Shown here: in pieces, positions 12,366-24,519 of the stretch
Numbering within the stretch: the first letter of the stretch is position 1
Layout of the letters: each line of letters begins with the position of its first letter
Assembly (NCBI RefSeq): GCF_964213995.1
Contig: NC_135822.1
Coordinates: 39,246,001 to 39,310,000, forward strand
Direction of reading: 5' to 3'
DNA: 64,000 nt
Source: Mustelus asterias
Lineage: Eukaryota
The notes under the pieces: model-generated
What the model saw: the letters and a program-made list of their open reading frames with translations, nothing else
Databases searched by the model: none
Told to the model about the DNA's origin: nothing
Translations under genes and position numbers: made by a program

Positions 12366-14230
12366 ATCAAAGAACGAACAAAGAACAGGCCCTTCAGCCC
12401 TCCAAGCCTGCGCTGATCATAATGCCTGCCTAAACTAAAACCGTATGCACTTAGAGTCCGTATCCTTCTATTCCCATCCTGTTCATGTGTTCGTCTAGTT
12501 GCCCCTTAAATGCCACTATCGTGCTGCTCCCACCACCTCCCCGGGCAGCGCGTTCCAGACATTCACCACCCTCTGTGTAAAAAAACTTGCCTTGCACATC
12601 TCATCTAAACTTTTCCCCACACATCTTAAAACTATGTCCTCTAGTACTTGACTTTTCTATCCTAGGAAAGAGCATCTGACTATCCACTCTGTCCATGCCA
12701 CTCATAATCTTGTAAACCTCTATCAGGTCACCCCTCAACCTCTGTCGTTCCAGTGAGAACAAACCGAGTTTATCCAACCTCTCCTCATAGCTAATATCCT
12801 TCAGACCAGGCAACATCCTGATAAACTTATTCTGTACCCTCTCCAAAGCATCCACATCCTTCTGGTAGTGTGGCGACCAGAATTGTACACAATATTCTAA
12901 ATGAGGCCTAACTAAGGTTCTGTGCAGCTGCAGCATGACCTGACAATTGTTATACTCAATGCCCCGACCGATGAAGGCAAGCATGCCAAATGCCTTCTTG
13001 ACTACCTTATCCACCTGCGCTGCCGCTTTCAGTGATCAGTGGACATGTACACCCAGATCTTCCTGTCTGTTAATACTCCTAAGGGATCTACCATTTACTG
13101 TATAATTCCTGCATGCATTGGACCTTCCAAAATGCAATACTCACACTTGTCCAGATTAAACTCCATCTGCCATTTCCCTGCCCAAATCTCCAACCGGTCT
13201 ATATCTTGCTGTATCCTCTGACAATCCTCTTCACTATCCACAACTCCACCAATTTTTGTGTGGTTTGCAAACTTACTAATCAGACCAGCTACATTTTCCT
13301 TCAAATCATTTATATATACAACGAACAACAAAGGTCCCAGAACAGGTCCCTGTGGAACACCGCTAGTCACAGCCTTCAATTCCGTAAAGCACCCCTCTAC
13401 TGCTATCCTCTGTCTTCTATGGCCAAGCCAGTTCTAGGTATCCATCTTGCCAGTTCTCCTCTGATCCCGTGTGACTTCACCTTTCATACCAGTCTACCAT
13501 GAGGTACCTTGTCAAAGGCTTTACTGAAGTCCATGTATACAACATCCATTGCCTTTCCATCATCTTCGTCACTTCCTCGATCAGGTTAGTGAGGCACGAC
13601 TTCCCCTTCACAAAACCATGCTGTAATATCACTAATAAGTCCATTTGTTTCCAAATGTGAGTAAATCCGATCCCTTAGAATCTTTTCCAATAATTTCCCT
13701 ACCACTGACGTTAGGTTCACCGGCCTATAATTTCCTGGATAATCCCTGCTGCCCTTCTTAAACAATGGAACAACATTGACTATCCTCCAGTCCTCTGGAG
13801 CTTCACCTGTAGCCAATGAGGATACAAAGATTTCTGTCAAGACCCCAGCAATTTTTGCCCTTGCCTCCCTCAGTATTCTGGGGTAGATCCCATCAGGCCC
13901 TGGGGACTTATCTACTTTAATGCTTTTTAAGACGTCCAACACCACCACCTTTTTGATATCGACATGACCCAGAATATCTACACACCCTACTCTAGGCTCC
14001 TCCTCCATCAAGTCCCTTGCTTTGGTGAATACTGAGGCAATTTAGTATGTTGCCCATTTCCTCTGGTTCCAAGCATAGATTCTCTCCACTATCCTTGAGT
14101 GGGCCAACCCTTTCCCTCTTGCTCTTTACATACGTATAAAATGACTTAGGATTTTGCTTAATCCTGTTTGCCAAGGACTTTTCATGACCCCTTTTAGCCC
14201 TCCTAACTCCTTCCTTAAGTTCCTTCCTAC
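12366..14230 (-). mobile_element. CR1 LINE, 5'-truncated and frameshifted
   Basis: Consecutive ORF fragments 12601-14174 with PGPDGIYPR and GVPQG motifs. Confidence 0.9.
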
Positions 14231-14456
14231 GATCGTCCCCAAACTAACAAAGGGAAAATGGAACAAGTGGGTTTAGAGAGGACTCAAATGTCAAAAATGC
14301 CCAAATTAATTAAGCAGTTGATTAAATAGTAACACGGAATTTAACACAGATTGGTTTAGTGCAACGCATAATCAAAATGAAGATATGAAATGCGTGAAAC
14401 AGAGCAACATCTGGATGGTTCCAAGTCAACACCATCAAAGCGTATATATTACAAAG

Positions 14457-14622
14457 CAGTCCGAAAGACGTGCTGGTTAGGTGCATTGGCCATGCTAAAT
14501 TCTCCCTCAGTTTACCAGAACAGGCGCCGGAGTGTGGCGACTAGAGGATTTTCACAGTAACTTCATTGCAGTGTTAATGTAAGCCTACTTGTGACACTAA
14601 AAAATAAACTTTAAACTTTAAA
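14457..14622 (+). mobile_element. HE1/V-SINE-type SINE, 5'-truncated, second tail type (GTGACACTAATAAATAAACTTTA)
   Basis: Matches the 3' half of the full copies at 16592 and 40170. Confidence 0.85.
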
Positions 14623-14885
14623 GACATTTCACAGTAAATCAGTAGAATGCCAAGCCTTGGCATAGAACAGTAATGAGACCACATCAGATACACAATTGGC
14701 ACCATGTCATCAGGAAAAACATTGAGCAGAAAGTTCCATTATTCAAAAACAGTCACAGCACAACTTAATTTAGTTCCATTCTTCAATTTTATATTAATTT
14801 TTGCAAGGACAGTATCTGGGATGCAGCCAATGACAATCTTTTGATCGGTTTGTCTCATTTTAAAAGTCTAATCTGGTCTCCACAG

Positions 14886-15037
14886 CAGGTAGAACTGCCC
14901 CAGTGGTGAAGGTTCACCCCTCACGCACATCAGTAAGTGAGGGAGAAATGCTGGAGTTGTACTGCCAGGTCACAGGTCAACCGCAACCTAGGATCACATG
15001 GTACAGGGCAACTGGCTCCCTATCAGCCAATCACCAG
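14886..15037 (+). CDS. HSPG2: HSPG2 Ig module 2, N-half exon (GRTAPVVKVHPSRTSVSEGEMLELYCQVTGQPQPRITWYRATGSLSANHQ)
   Basis: ccacag acceptor, CAG|gtaggt donor, 152 nt. Confidence 0.92.
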
Positions 15038-15634
15038 GTAGGTGAAGATGCTGGAACAACCTTGCTTTTCTTGTTATGCAGAATTATTTTGTACGGACTT
15101 AAATGTGTGATCTAAAGGTTAACTATCGCCGAAGCAGAGAATGCAATCTGAAAAGAAATAAAATTGCCTCTAATGTCCAAATGTTGACACTGTGATAGTT
15201 TCAGTATCAATCCATTGTTTGGTATTGCAATCATTTGGTATTACAACCGACTTCTCTATGTACAGTATGCTTTGTCTGTATGGCGTGCAAGAAACAATAC
15301 TTTTCACTGTATATTAATACATGTGACAATAATAAATCAAATCAAAAGGCTGGACATGCTCTTTGACTGGGTGGGGTGTCACAGGTGTACTCAGCATGAT
15401 TCTTTACCCAACATACATGTCTGTGCAGCTTTGTTCACATGTCACTGGATGGCCATGGGGAATGGGAGCGCAGGCTCCTTTTCCTGTTTTCCGTTCTTCA
15501 GTCAAAGCACACCAGCAAACTCCAGCCGGCATCCCTCCGGAGTGACTTGTGGTTGTTAGTGTTTTTGCGAATGTTGAAAGCAGCCTGGGAGCGTGAGTGT
15601 AACGGGGTCTATTCCTTTCCTGTTAATGCTTCAG

Positions 15635-15764
15635 GTGGAGGGTCCTGTGCTGCGCATCCTTCACATGACCCCTGCTGACATCGGGGACTACATCTGCCGC
15701 GCGGAAAATGATCTTGGAATGCGGGAAGTCAAATTCTCCGTCTCGGTCACTTCCACTACAATCA
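15635..15764 (+). CDS. HSPG2: HSPG2 Ig module 2, C-half exon (VEGPVLRILHMTPADIGDYICRAENDLGMREVKFSVSVTSTTI)
   Basis: gcttcag acceptor, A|gtatgt donor, 130 nt. Confidence 0.92.
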
Positions 15765-15963
15765 GTATGTAACCTTGGTCGTTCTTTTAGTATTTAAGTT
15801 GCACTTGCTTTGACTCTCTGTCTATTTGCTTTAACCTCATGCCCGCTCTTGACAGCAGTTGAGATCCAAGGATTTGGTTTATTGTTCAAAAAATAATCTG
15901 TCACTTCTGAGACGTCAAAGATTGGGGAAACAAAGTCTCGTTACTTTACCACAGAAAGTACTG

Positions 15964-16279
15964 GGGTGGCACAGTGGTTAGCATTGCTGCCTCACAGCGC
16001 CAGGGACCCAGGTTCGATTCCCGGCGTGGGTCACTGTCTATGTTGAGTTTGTACATTCTCCTCATGTCTGCGTGGGTTTCCTCTGGGTGCTCCGGTTTCC
16101 TCCCACAGTCCAAAGATGTGCGGGTTAGGTGGATTGGCCATGCTAAATTGCCCCTTAGTGTCAGGTAGAGTGGCTAAGGTAAATGCATAGGGTTATGAGG
16201 TTAAGGCCTGGGGTGGGATTGTGGTTGGTGCAGACTCAACGGGCCAAATGGCCTCCTCCTGCAGGATTCTATGATTCTA
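15964..16279 (+). mobile_element. HE1/V-SINE-type SINE, CR1-type tail
   Basis: A/B boxes, V core, GATTCTATGATTCTA tail. Confidence 0.9.
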
Positions 16280-16590
16280 GTATCTTTAATATCAGTTGTG
16301 TAGTGGATTCTGTCATTAGGGGTGGAGTGACTGAGCTCTGCTTTGTGAAGGTGAAGTCCTGTCTAACTTACCTAGTTAGGTTTTTTGAGGAAATAAACTC
16401 TGTCCTCTATTTCACCCCGCAATCCCCCACACACCCATTGTTCCCACTGCTTCCCCAATCCGCTGCTTCCCGACTTCCCCCTTTTCCCGTCTCGGCAACC
16501 AAAAATCATCCGAGAAGACATTAACAAAGAAAAACATTGGTGACCGGAATTCTCCAGCTGTTCACGTCAGCAGGATTCTTCAGTCCTGCC

Positions 16591-16872
16591 AGGGTGGCAC
16601 AGTGGTTAGCACTGCTGCCTCACAGCTCCAGGGACCCGGGTTCGATTCCCGGCTGTGCGGAATCTGCACGTTCTCCCCGTGTCTGCGTGAGTTTCTTTCG
16701 GGTGCTCTGGTTTCCTCTCTCAGCCCAAAGATGTGCAGGTTAGGTGGATTGGCCACGCTAAATTCTCCCTCAGTGTACCCGAACAGGTGCCGGAGTGTGG
16801 CGACTAGGGGATTTTCACAGTAACTCCACTGCAGTGTTAATGTAAACCTACTTGTGACACTCATAAATAAAC
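16591..16872 (+). mobile_element. HE1/V-SINE-type SINE, second tail type
   Basis: A/B boxes, V core, ...CTTGTGACACTCATAAATAAA end. Confidence 0.9.
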
Positions 16873-17163
16873 ATAAACAACCCCCCAAAACCAAAGTGTG
16901 GGGTGACATAACTGGAAATCCCATTGACAGCGGCGGGACCGGATAATCCTGCCACTAATGAACAGCACACCAGATTCCACTGCCTGGTCACTCGTGTCTG
17001 GGAGGCTGGAGAATCTCAGCCCATATTGAGATAGCACCTTTCGTAACTTCAGAATGTTCCAAATCAGTTTATAGCCAATCAAATACTTTAGAATGTTGTA
17101 AATACAAAATGTATAAAATGATGTGTTTTGGCACTGTCTCCTTAACTTAAGATAAAACACAGC

Positions 17164-18220
17164 TGTGAAAGGGGGTCAGGTGACTGACTGTATTCTGCCT
17201 GACAACAAACTGAGGGGGCTTGGTTTCTATGGGGATAAGAGGAGCCCAAGTCAAGCGCCTTGCTCTGAAGGTGCAAGATGTTCACACCTGTAGACAATGG
17301 CAAGAGCATCTGGGCTGATTGTGGATTTACTGTTTGTCTCCAAGTCTCATTTAGATGTCAAGATTTATAAACTGTTGTATATTAAGCTATCTGGTAAATT
17401 CACAGGATTGAGTTGGGGGTCTAGAGGATGGCTAATCAGCATTTCTACCTGTATACAAGGCTCGTGTGATTCACATTGCCATGGTACATGGGCTTTTGGG
17501 AAGGGAACAGTCCATAGGAAGCCATTTGTATTATTGGGTTTCGGAGTCTCATGAGATAATACTTCACTTCTGGCCACGGTCACCCCAAGACCGGAGAAAC
17601 CCGCCCGAGGTCAACAGACCTTTGCATGGTCCGTGTCCCACCCGCTACGATTCCCATGGCGGCCAGGACAGGAAAATTCTGTCCATAGAGTCAGTCCTGC
17701 ACCCAAAGCAGAGAAAATGCTGACTAATAGTTACCATGTAGAATGTTGGTGGGAGCACGCACTCTGATTGAAGAAACTGAGTTTGTGAGGATTTGAAGGA
17801 GGCTGTAAGATTTGTCCAGTTCGGGCTAGGGTGGAGGAATCTTCACCGTAACCTTCTTGGTGGAAGTCAGTTCTGGAATTAAAAGTTATATAGCTAAGAA
17901 GGGAGAAGGAAGTTGGTTATTGAGAGACGAGAGCAACTTTGGACTGATTATGGGAGAATAAAGTGTTTACTTAAGGGACAGAGTGAACTGTAACCATATC
18001 AGGGAATTTTTGGTCATTTTAAGGGTTAAATGCGAAAACCTTTCTGTAGTTTAGCATAAAAGTTGTCTACAAAAAATAGTGTTCAGCCAATTTTGCTTTT
18101 TGTTCATTTGTTACAGTAGAACTCTTAAATGGTGAAATCTTATCGTTTGATCTTTTCAGTCAGTCACTGGAATTCAGATATCGTTTTTTAACGTTTTTGG
18201 TCCCTATGGAGACCATAAGA
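17164..18220 (+). mobile_element. Probable solo LTR containing a MITE (about 17565-17686); its 3' part is duplicated at 20806-21170
   Basis: Begins TGTGAA; the duplicate copy ends CCATAACA; no clear TSD. Confidence 0.35.
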
Positions 18221-18267
18221 GATTTAGACACTGTTGTATTGTAGGAGAGGAGAAGGATGAAGAAGAT

Positions 18268-18530
18268 TTTTTTATTCGTTCGTTGGACATGGGCAGACTA
18301 GCATTTATTGCCCATCCCTAGTTGCCCTTGGAGGGCAGTTGAGAGTCAACCACATTGCTGTGGCTCTGGAGTCACATGTAGGCCAGACCGGGTAAGGACG
18401 GCAGATTTCCTTCCCCAAAGGACATTGGTGAACCAGATGAGTTTTTTCTGACAATCAAAAATAGTTTTATGGTCATCAGTAGATTCTTAATTTCAGATAT
18501 TTTTGTATTAAATTCAAATTCCACCCGGAG
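18268..18530 (-). mobile_element. tRNA-headed SINE family (other copies at about 8860-9115, 21228-21490, 47545-47930, 59745-60080)
   Basis: Shared core gagtcacatgtaggccagacc...ttccttccctaaaggacatt; 3' end matches the LINE tail at 29345-29405. Confidence 0.7.
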
Positions 18531-19198
18531 CCCCAGAAATATCATTTAGTTTGGTTTTTCAAGTGAAGAATTTGTTGACTTCTGGGTTTAATCGAAAGCA
18601 GAAAGTTATTAAGTCCAGAAAATGTTCAAAGTATAATGTCTCTGATTGAAACCAGAAACTTGTGTGAATTCAGATGATTTTCACAGACAGTTATTGAAAC
18701 AACCCTGGTATATTTCAGAATTCCCTAAATTCTAGAACATGTATTGGAAGGTAGCAAATATAGCCAAACATGGAGAAAGAGAGAGAGCAGGGAATTATAG
18801 ACCAGTTAGCTTGATATGCTAGGATTTGCCTTTAAGAGCATGGAATAAGGCACTTGGAAAATCATGATTTGATTAGGCAAATGTGGCTTGGTTTTACAAA
18901 AGGGAATTCTGTTTGAGAAATCTGTTTGAGTTTGAATATGTAATTTGTGGCGTAGATAAGAAGGAATAGGTGGTTCTGGCACATTTGGATTTTCAAAAGG
19001 TGGTAACACAAGATGGGATCTCTGGGGTTGGGGTAATATATGAACAAGGGTTGAGGATTGGTTAATGAATAGAAAATCGAGAGTCGGAATAAACTTGATA
19101 TTTTTGAGCTAGCAGAGTGTAACTTGGGGCAATACCAGCGTTTGGCTCTCAACTGTTTACAGTCTAAAGCAATGACTGAATCCTCACTCTCCCCACAG

Positions 19199-19350
19199 TG
19201 CACGAATCTGCCCCAGCAGTGACGGTTCGACCCTCGCCAACCACAGTTAGGGAGGGAGAAATGGTGGAGTTGCACTGCCAGGTCACAGGTCAACCAGAAC
19301 CTAGGATCACATGGTATAGGGCAGCTGGCTCTCTAACAGCCAATCACCAG
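19199..19350 (+). CDS. HSPG2: HSPG2 Ig module 3, N-half exon (HESAPAVTVRPSPTTVREGEMVELHCQVTGQPEPRITWYRAAGSLTANHQ)
   Basis: ccccacag acceptor, CAG|gtaggt donor, 152 nt. Confidence 0.92.
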
Positions 19351-19523
19351 GTAGGTGACATCTTTCCAGTTTGGTTATCCTCCATTTCTTTCAACTTTCT
19401 AACTCTTGGAAGGACTGTTCATGGGGAATAGTTATCTGTCGCTCTGTGTATATTGGTGAGTGCTGAAAGCTGCCTTGGAGAGTGTGGGTAACAGAGGCTG
19501 TGATTTTCCTCTTGATGTTCTAG

Positions 19524-19650
19524 GTGGAGGGCGCTGTGCTACGCATCCTTCGTGTGAGTCCTGCCGATGTCGGGGATTACATCTGCCGCGCAGACAATGT
19601 CTATGGGGTGCAGGAGGTCAAATTCTCCGTCTTGGTCACTCCTTCCACGT
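19524..19650 (+). CDS. HSPG2: HSPG2 Ig module 3, C-half exon (VEGAVLRILRVSPADVGDYICRADNVYGVQEVKFSVLVTPST)
   Basis: gttctag acceptor, T|gtatgt donor, 127 nt. Confidence 0.92.
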
Positions 19651-20519
19651 GTATGTAACCCGTCAGTCTTACCGCATTCATTTGTGGCATCTTAGGTTTT
19701 ATTTGCTTTATCTTTCTGCTCATTTTTCAAAATGCTTGGGTTCCAAAGTATTTCTTTTATTTGAAAAGTGCACGGTGACTGCGGTAGTCTCCAGCTTTGG
19801 GAGAGAAGATTGTGTCGCCTTGTAACTGAGCAAATTCTGTGAGCTGAGGCTATTATTGAAAGGTGGTATTAACTTGCTATTGATAGGAAAAAAAATGTGA
19901 ATGAGGATTGCAAGTTTTACATTCCCAGACCCACTTTAATGAAGAATCGTTGAGTATAATCGTTGTGGGAGGACGAAGGGAATCAGCTGGTTCTCTCTCT
20001 CTAATCTCCCCGGATGTTTTGATTAGGCAACTGAAGTTATGAATGAGAAATATCTAATACAGGGTTTCCCAAATGTTGAGCAGGAGAACCCCTTGTGATC
20101 TCATTGGGCAACCCCAAGCATTCTCATAATGTTGACACCCCTTTTTTGGCCACAGCTTAGGAACGAGCAAAGAATAAAATCTAAACAAATCTTCTAGCTA
20201 TATCTATACATGTATTAGGAATTAGGAAGAGACACACAGTCGCAAATACATGTGCCAGCTACATGGCCCCCTCCCAACCCTTGGCCAAGCCACTCTCCCA
20301 TGGTCCCTTAACATTAACCCCAGGAAGTAGTTCCCACTTTAGGAGTGAGTAATCTGGTAATAATTAAAAAGTTGTATTTAAATATATTTAAATCTTACCC
20401 TATTGTCATTTTTAATTGCATGCTATATGCGAGAAAGATGATTCTCATATTGGAGGCAACCCACACCTTTCCCCCTCACACACAGATGCCCCTCTTTCCC
20501 GCGTGCACTTGACCTTCTC

Positions 20520-20716
20520 TCTCACGCGCACTCGCCCTTCTCGCTGCCGCCCGCATTTGCCCCTCCTGCGCCCGCTCGCCCCTCTCTCCCACCCGCATTC
20601 GCCTCTCCCGCGCCCGCTCGCCCCTCTCTCCTGCCCGCATTCGCCTCTCCTGCGCCCACTCGCCCCTCCCGCCCGCATTCGCCCCTCCCGCGCCCGCTCG
20701 CCCCTCTCTCCCGCGC
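20520..20716. repeat. GC-rich minisatellite, unit about 42 bp, about 4 copies
   Basis: Repeats of cccgcattcgcctctcccgcgcccgctcgcccctctctcc. Confidence 0.85.
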
Positions 20717-22147
20717 GTATTTCATTGGCTATAAACTGATTTGGAACATTCTGAAGTTATGAAAGGTGCTATCTCAATATGGGCTTAGATTCTCCAGCCT
20801 CTCAGCGTAACCTTCTTGTGAAAGTCAGTTCTGGAATTAGAAGTTATCCAGCTGAGAAGGAAAAAGGAAGTTGGTCATAGGGAGAGGAGAGCAACTTTGG
20901 ACTGATTCTGGGAGAATGAAGTATTTACTTAAGGGACAGAGTGAGCTATCATCACATCAGGGAATTTTTGGTCATTTTAAGAGTTAAATGCGAAAACCTT
21001 TCTGTAGTTTAGCGTAAAAGTTGTCAAAAAAAGTGTTCAGCCAGTTTTGCTTTGAGTTTATTTGTTACAGTAGAACTCTTAAATCGTGAAATCTTGTCGT
21101 TTGATCTTTTCAGTCACTGGAGTTCAAATATCTTTATAAAATGTTTTTGTTCCCTATGGAGACCATAACAAGAGATTTAGATACTGTTGTATTGCAGGCG
21201 AGGATAAGGATGTAGAAGATGTTTTTTTAATTCATTCGTTGGACATGGGTGTCGCTGGCTGGCCAGCATTTATTGCCCGTCCGTAGTTGCCCAACGGAAG
21301 TTGAGAGTCTACCACATTGCTGTGGCTCTGGAGTCATACATAGGCCAGACCGGGTAAGAAGGGCACCTTCCCTTCCCTAAAGGACATTAGCGAATCAGAT
21401 GAGTTTTTTCCGACAATCAAAAATGGTTTTATGGTCATCAGTAGATTCTTAATTTCAGACATTTTTGTATTGAATTCAAATTCCACCCGGGGCCCCAGAA
21501 ATATCATTTAGTTTGGTTTTTCAAGTGAAGAATTTGTTGACTTCTGGGTTTAATCGAAAGCAGAAACTTATTAAGTCCAGAAAATGTTCAAAGTATAATG
21601 TCTTTGATTGAAACCAGAAACTTGTGTGAATTCAGATGATTTTCACAGACAGTTATTGAAACAACTCTGGTATATTTCGGAATTCCCTAAATTCTAGAAC
21701 ATGTATTGGAAGGTAGCAAATATAGCCAAACATGGAGAAAGAGAGAGAGCAGGGAATTATAGACCAGTTAGCTTGATATGCTAGGATTTGCCTTTAAGAG
21801 CATGGAATAAAGCACTTGGAAAATCATGATTTGATTAGGCAAATGTGGCTTGGTTTTACAAAAGGGAATTCTGTTTGAGTTTGAATATGTAATTCGTGGC
21901 ATAGATAAGAAGGAACAGGTGGTTCTGGCACATTTGGATTTTCAAAAGGTGGTAACACAAGATGGGATCTATGGGGTTGGGGTAATATATGAACAAGGAT
22001 TGAGGATTGGTTAATGAATAGAAAATCGAGAGTCGGAATAAACTTGATATTTTTGAACTAGCAGAGTGTAACTCGGGGCAAAACCAGCGTTTGGCTCTCA
22101 ACTGTTTACAGTCTAAAGCAATGACTGAATCCTCACTCTCCCCACAG

Positions 22148-22299
22148 TGCACGAATCTGCCCCAGCAGTGACGGTTCGACCCTCGCCAACCACAGTTAGG
22201 GAGGGAGAAATGGTGGAGTTGCACTGCCAGGTCACAGGTCAACCAGAACCTAGGATCACATGGTATAGGGCAGCTGGCTCTCTAACAGCCAATCACCAG
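22148..22299 (+). CDS. HSPG2: HSPG2 Ig module 4, N-half exon (nucleotide-identical to module 3 N-half)
   Basis: ccccacag acceptor, CAG|gtaggt donor, 152 nt. Confidence 0.9.
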
Positions 22300-22490
22300 G
22301 TAGGTGACATCTTCCCAGTTTGGCTATCCTCCATTTCCTTTCTGTTTCTCTTTACCTTCAACTTTTTAACTCTTGGAAGGACTGTTCATGGGGAATAGTT
22401 ATCTGTCGCTCTGTGTATATTGGTGAATGCTGAAAGCTGCCTCGGAGAGTGTGGGTAACAGAGGCTGTGATTTTCCTCTTGATGTTCTAG

Positions 22491-22617
22491 GTGGAGGGCG
22501 CTGTGCTACGCATCCTTCGTGTGAGTCCTGCCGATGTCGGGGATTACATCTGCCGCGCAGACAATCGCTATGGGATGCAGGAGGTCAAATTCTCCGTCTT
22601 GGTCACTCCTTCCACGT
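22491..22617 (+). CDS. HSPG2: HSPG2 Ig module 4, C-half exon (VEGAVLRILRVSPADVGDYICRADNRYGMQEVKFSVLVTPST)
   Basis: gttctag acceptor, T|gtatgt donor, 127 nt. Confidence 0.9.
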
Positions 22618-22954
22618 GTATGTAACCCGTCAGTCTTACCGCATTCATTTGTGGCATCTTTCTTAGGATTTATTTGCTTTATCCTTCTGCTCATTTTTCA
22701 AAATGCTTGGGTTCCAAAGTATTTCTTTTATTTGAAAAGTGCACGGTGACTGCGGTAGTCTCCAGCTTTGGGAGAGAAGATTGTGTCGCCTTATAACTGA
22801 GCAAATTCTGTGAGCTGAGGCTATTATTGAAAGGTGGTATTAACTTGTTATTGATAGGAGAGAAAATGTGAATGAGGATTGCAAGTTTTACATTCCCAGA
22901 CCCACCTTAATGAAGAATCGATGAGTATAATCGTTGTGGGAGGACGAGGGGAAT

Positions 22955-23574
22955 GAAAGAGCAAAGAACATTACAGCACAGGAACTGGTCTTTCGGCCCT
23001 GTGAGCCTGCACCGACCATGCTGCCCGACTGAACTAAAAACCCCTACCCTTCCGGGGACTGTATCCCTCTATTCCATTCCTATTCCTGTACTTGTCAAGA
23101 CGCCCCTTGTCACTTTCGTATCTGCTTCCACCACCTCCCCCGGCAGCGAGTTCCAGGCACCCACCACCCTCTGTGTAAAAAAACTTGCCTCGTACATCTC
23201 CTTTAAATCTTGCCCCTCGCACCTTCAACCTGTGCCTCCTTGTAATTGACTCTTCCAGCCTGGGAAAAAGCTTCTGACTACAGTCTGTCAGATCATCCTC
23301 AACTTGCGTTGTTCCAGTGAGAACAAACCAAGTTTCTCCAACCTCTCCTCATAGCTAATGCCCTCCATACCAGGCAACATCCTGGTAAATCTTCTCCGCA
23401 CCCTCTCCAAAGCCTCCACATCCTTCTGGGAGTGTGGCGACCAGAATTGAACACTATATTCCAAGTGCGGCCTCGTTAACGTTCTATAAAGCTGCAATAT
23501 GACTTGCCAATTCTTAAACTCAATGCCCCAGCCGATGAAGGCAAGCATGCCGTATGCCTTCTTGACTACTTTCT
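22955..23574 (-). mobile_element. CR1 3' fragment present only in duplication unit 2
   Basis: RPHLEYSVQFWSPH peptide; the empty site gaat|cagctgg is at about 19983 in unit 1. Confidence 0.92.
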
Positions 23575-24081
23575 CAGCTGGTTCTCTCTCTCTAATCTCC
23601 CCGGATGTTTTGATTAGGCAACTGAAGTTGTCTATGAGAAATATCTAATACAGGGTTTCCCAAATGTTGAGCAGGAGAACCCCTTGTGATCTCATTGGGC
23701 AACCCCTAGCATTCTCCTCATGTTGACGCCCCTTTTTTGGCCACAAAATAGAAACGAACAAAATATAAAATCTAAACAAATCTTCTAGCTATATCTATAC
23801 ATGTATTAGGAATTAGGAAGAGGCACACAGTCACAAATACATGTGCCAGCTACATGGCCCCCTCCCAACCCTTGGCCAAGCCTCCCTCCCATAGTCCCTT
23901 AACATTAACCCCAGGAAGTAGTTCCCACTTTAGGAGTTGGTAATCTGTTAATAATTCAACAGTTTTATTTAAATATATTTAAATCTTATCCTTTTGTCAT
24001 TTTTAATGGCAAGATTGATGATGGAAAGCTGATTCTCATAATGGAGACACACTCATGCCTTTGCCCCTCCACACACTGACG

Positions 24082-24462
24082 CCCCTCTCCCTCGCACGCT
24101 CCCCTCTCCCTCGCACGCTCCCCTCTCCCTCGCACGCTCCCCTCTCCCTCGCACGCTCCCCTCTCCCTCGCACGCTCCCCTCTCCCTCGCACGCTCCCCT
24201 CTCCCTCGCACGCTCCCCTCTCCCTCGCACGCTCCCCTCTCCCTCGCACGCTCCCCTCTCCCTCGCACGCTCCCCTCTCCCTCGCGCGCTCCCCTCTCCC
24301 GCACGCGCGCCCCTCTCCCTCTCCCGCGCGCACGCCCCTCTCCCGCGCGCACGCCCCTCTCCCTCTCCCGCGCGCACGCCCCCTCCCTCGCGCGCGCCCT
24401 CTCCCTCGCGCGTGCACACGCCCCTCTCCCTCACGTGCGCCCCTCTCCCTCGCGCGCGCACA
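24082..24462. repeat. 19-bp minisatellite (CCCCTCTCCCTCGCACGCT), 10 perfect copies (24082-24271) then degenerate copies
   Basis: Direct reading of the sequence. Confidence 0.95.
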
Positions 24463-24519
24463 CTCATCCCGTCTGTCCTTAAGCAACTCAAATCTCTCCA
24501 AGTGCCTGTTAACTTTTAT

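Larger units (their letters stand above)
17847..24080 (+). repeat. Tandem segmental duplication: unit 1 about 17847-20520, unit 2 about 20806-24080, each containing one Ig module
   Basis: Colinear intron and exon identity read directly; unit 2 carries an extra CR1. Confidence 0.95.

Noticed and set aside
15964-16030. tRNA genes at SINE heads
   Set aside because: A and B boxes are present but run into the SINE core and lack a complete cloverleaf.
17847-24080. Module 3/4 duplication as an assembly artefact
   Set aside because: The copies differ by a CR1 insertion, indels, different minisatellites and diverged edges, and have a structured junction.
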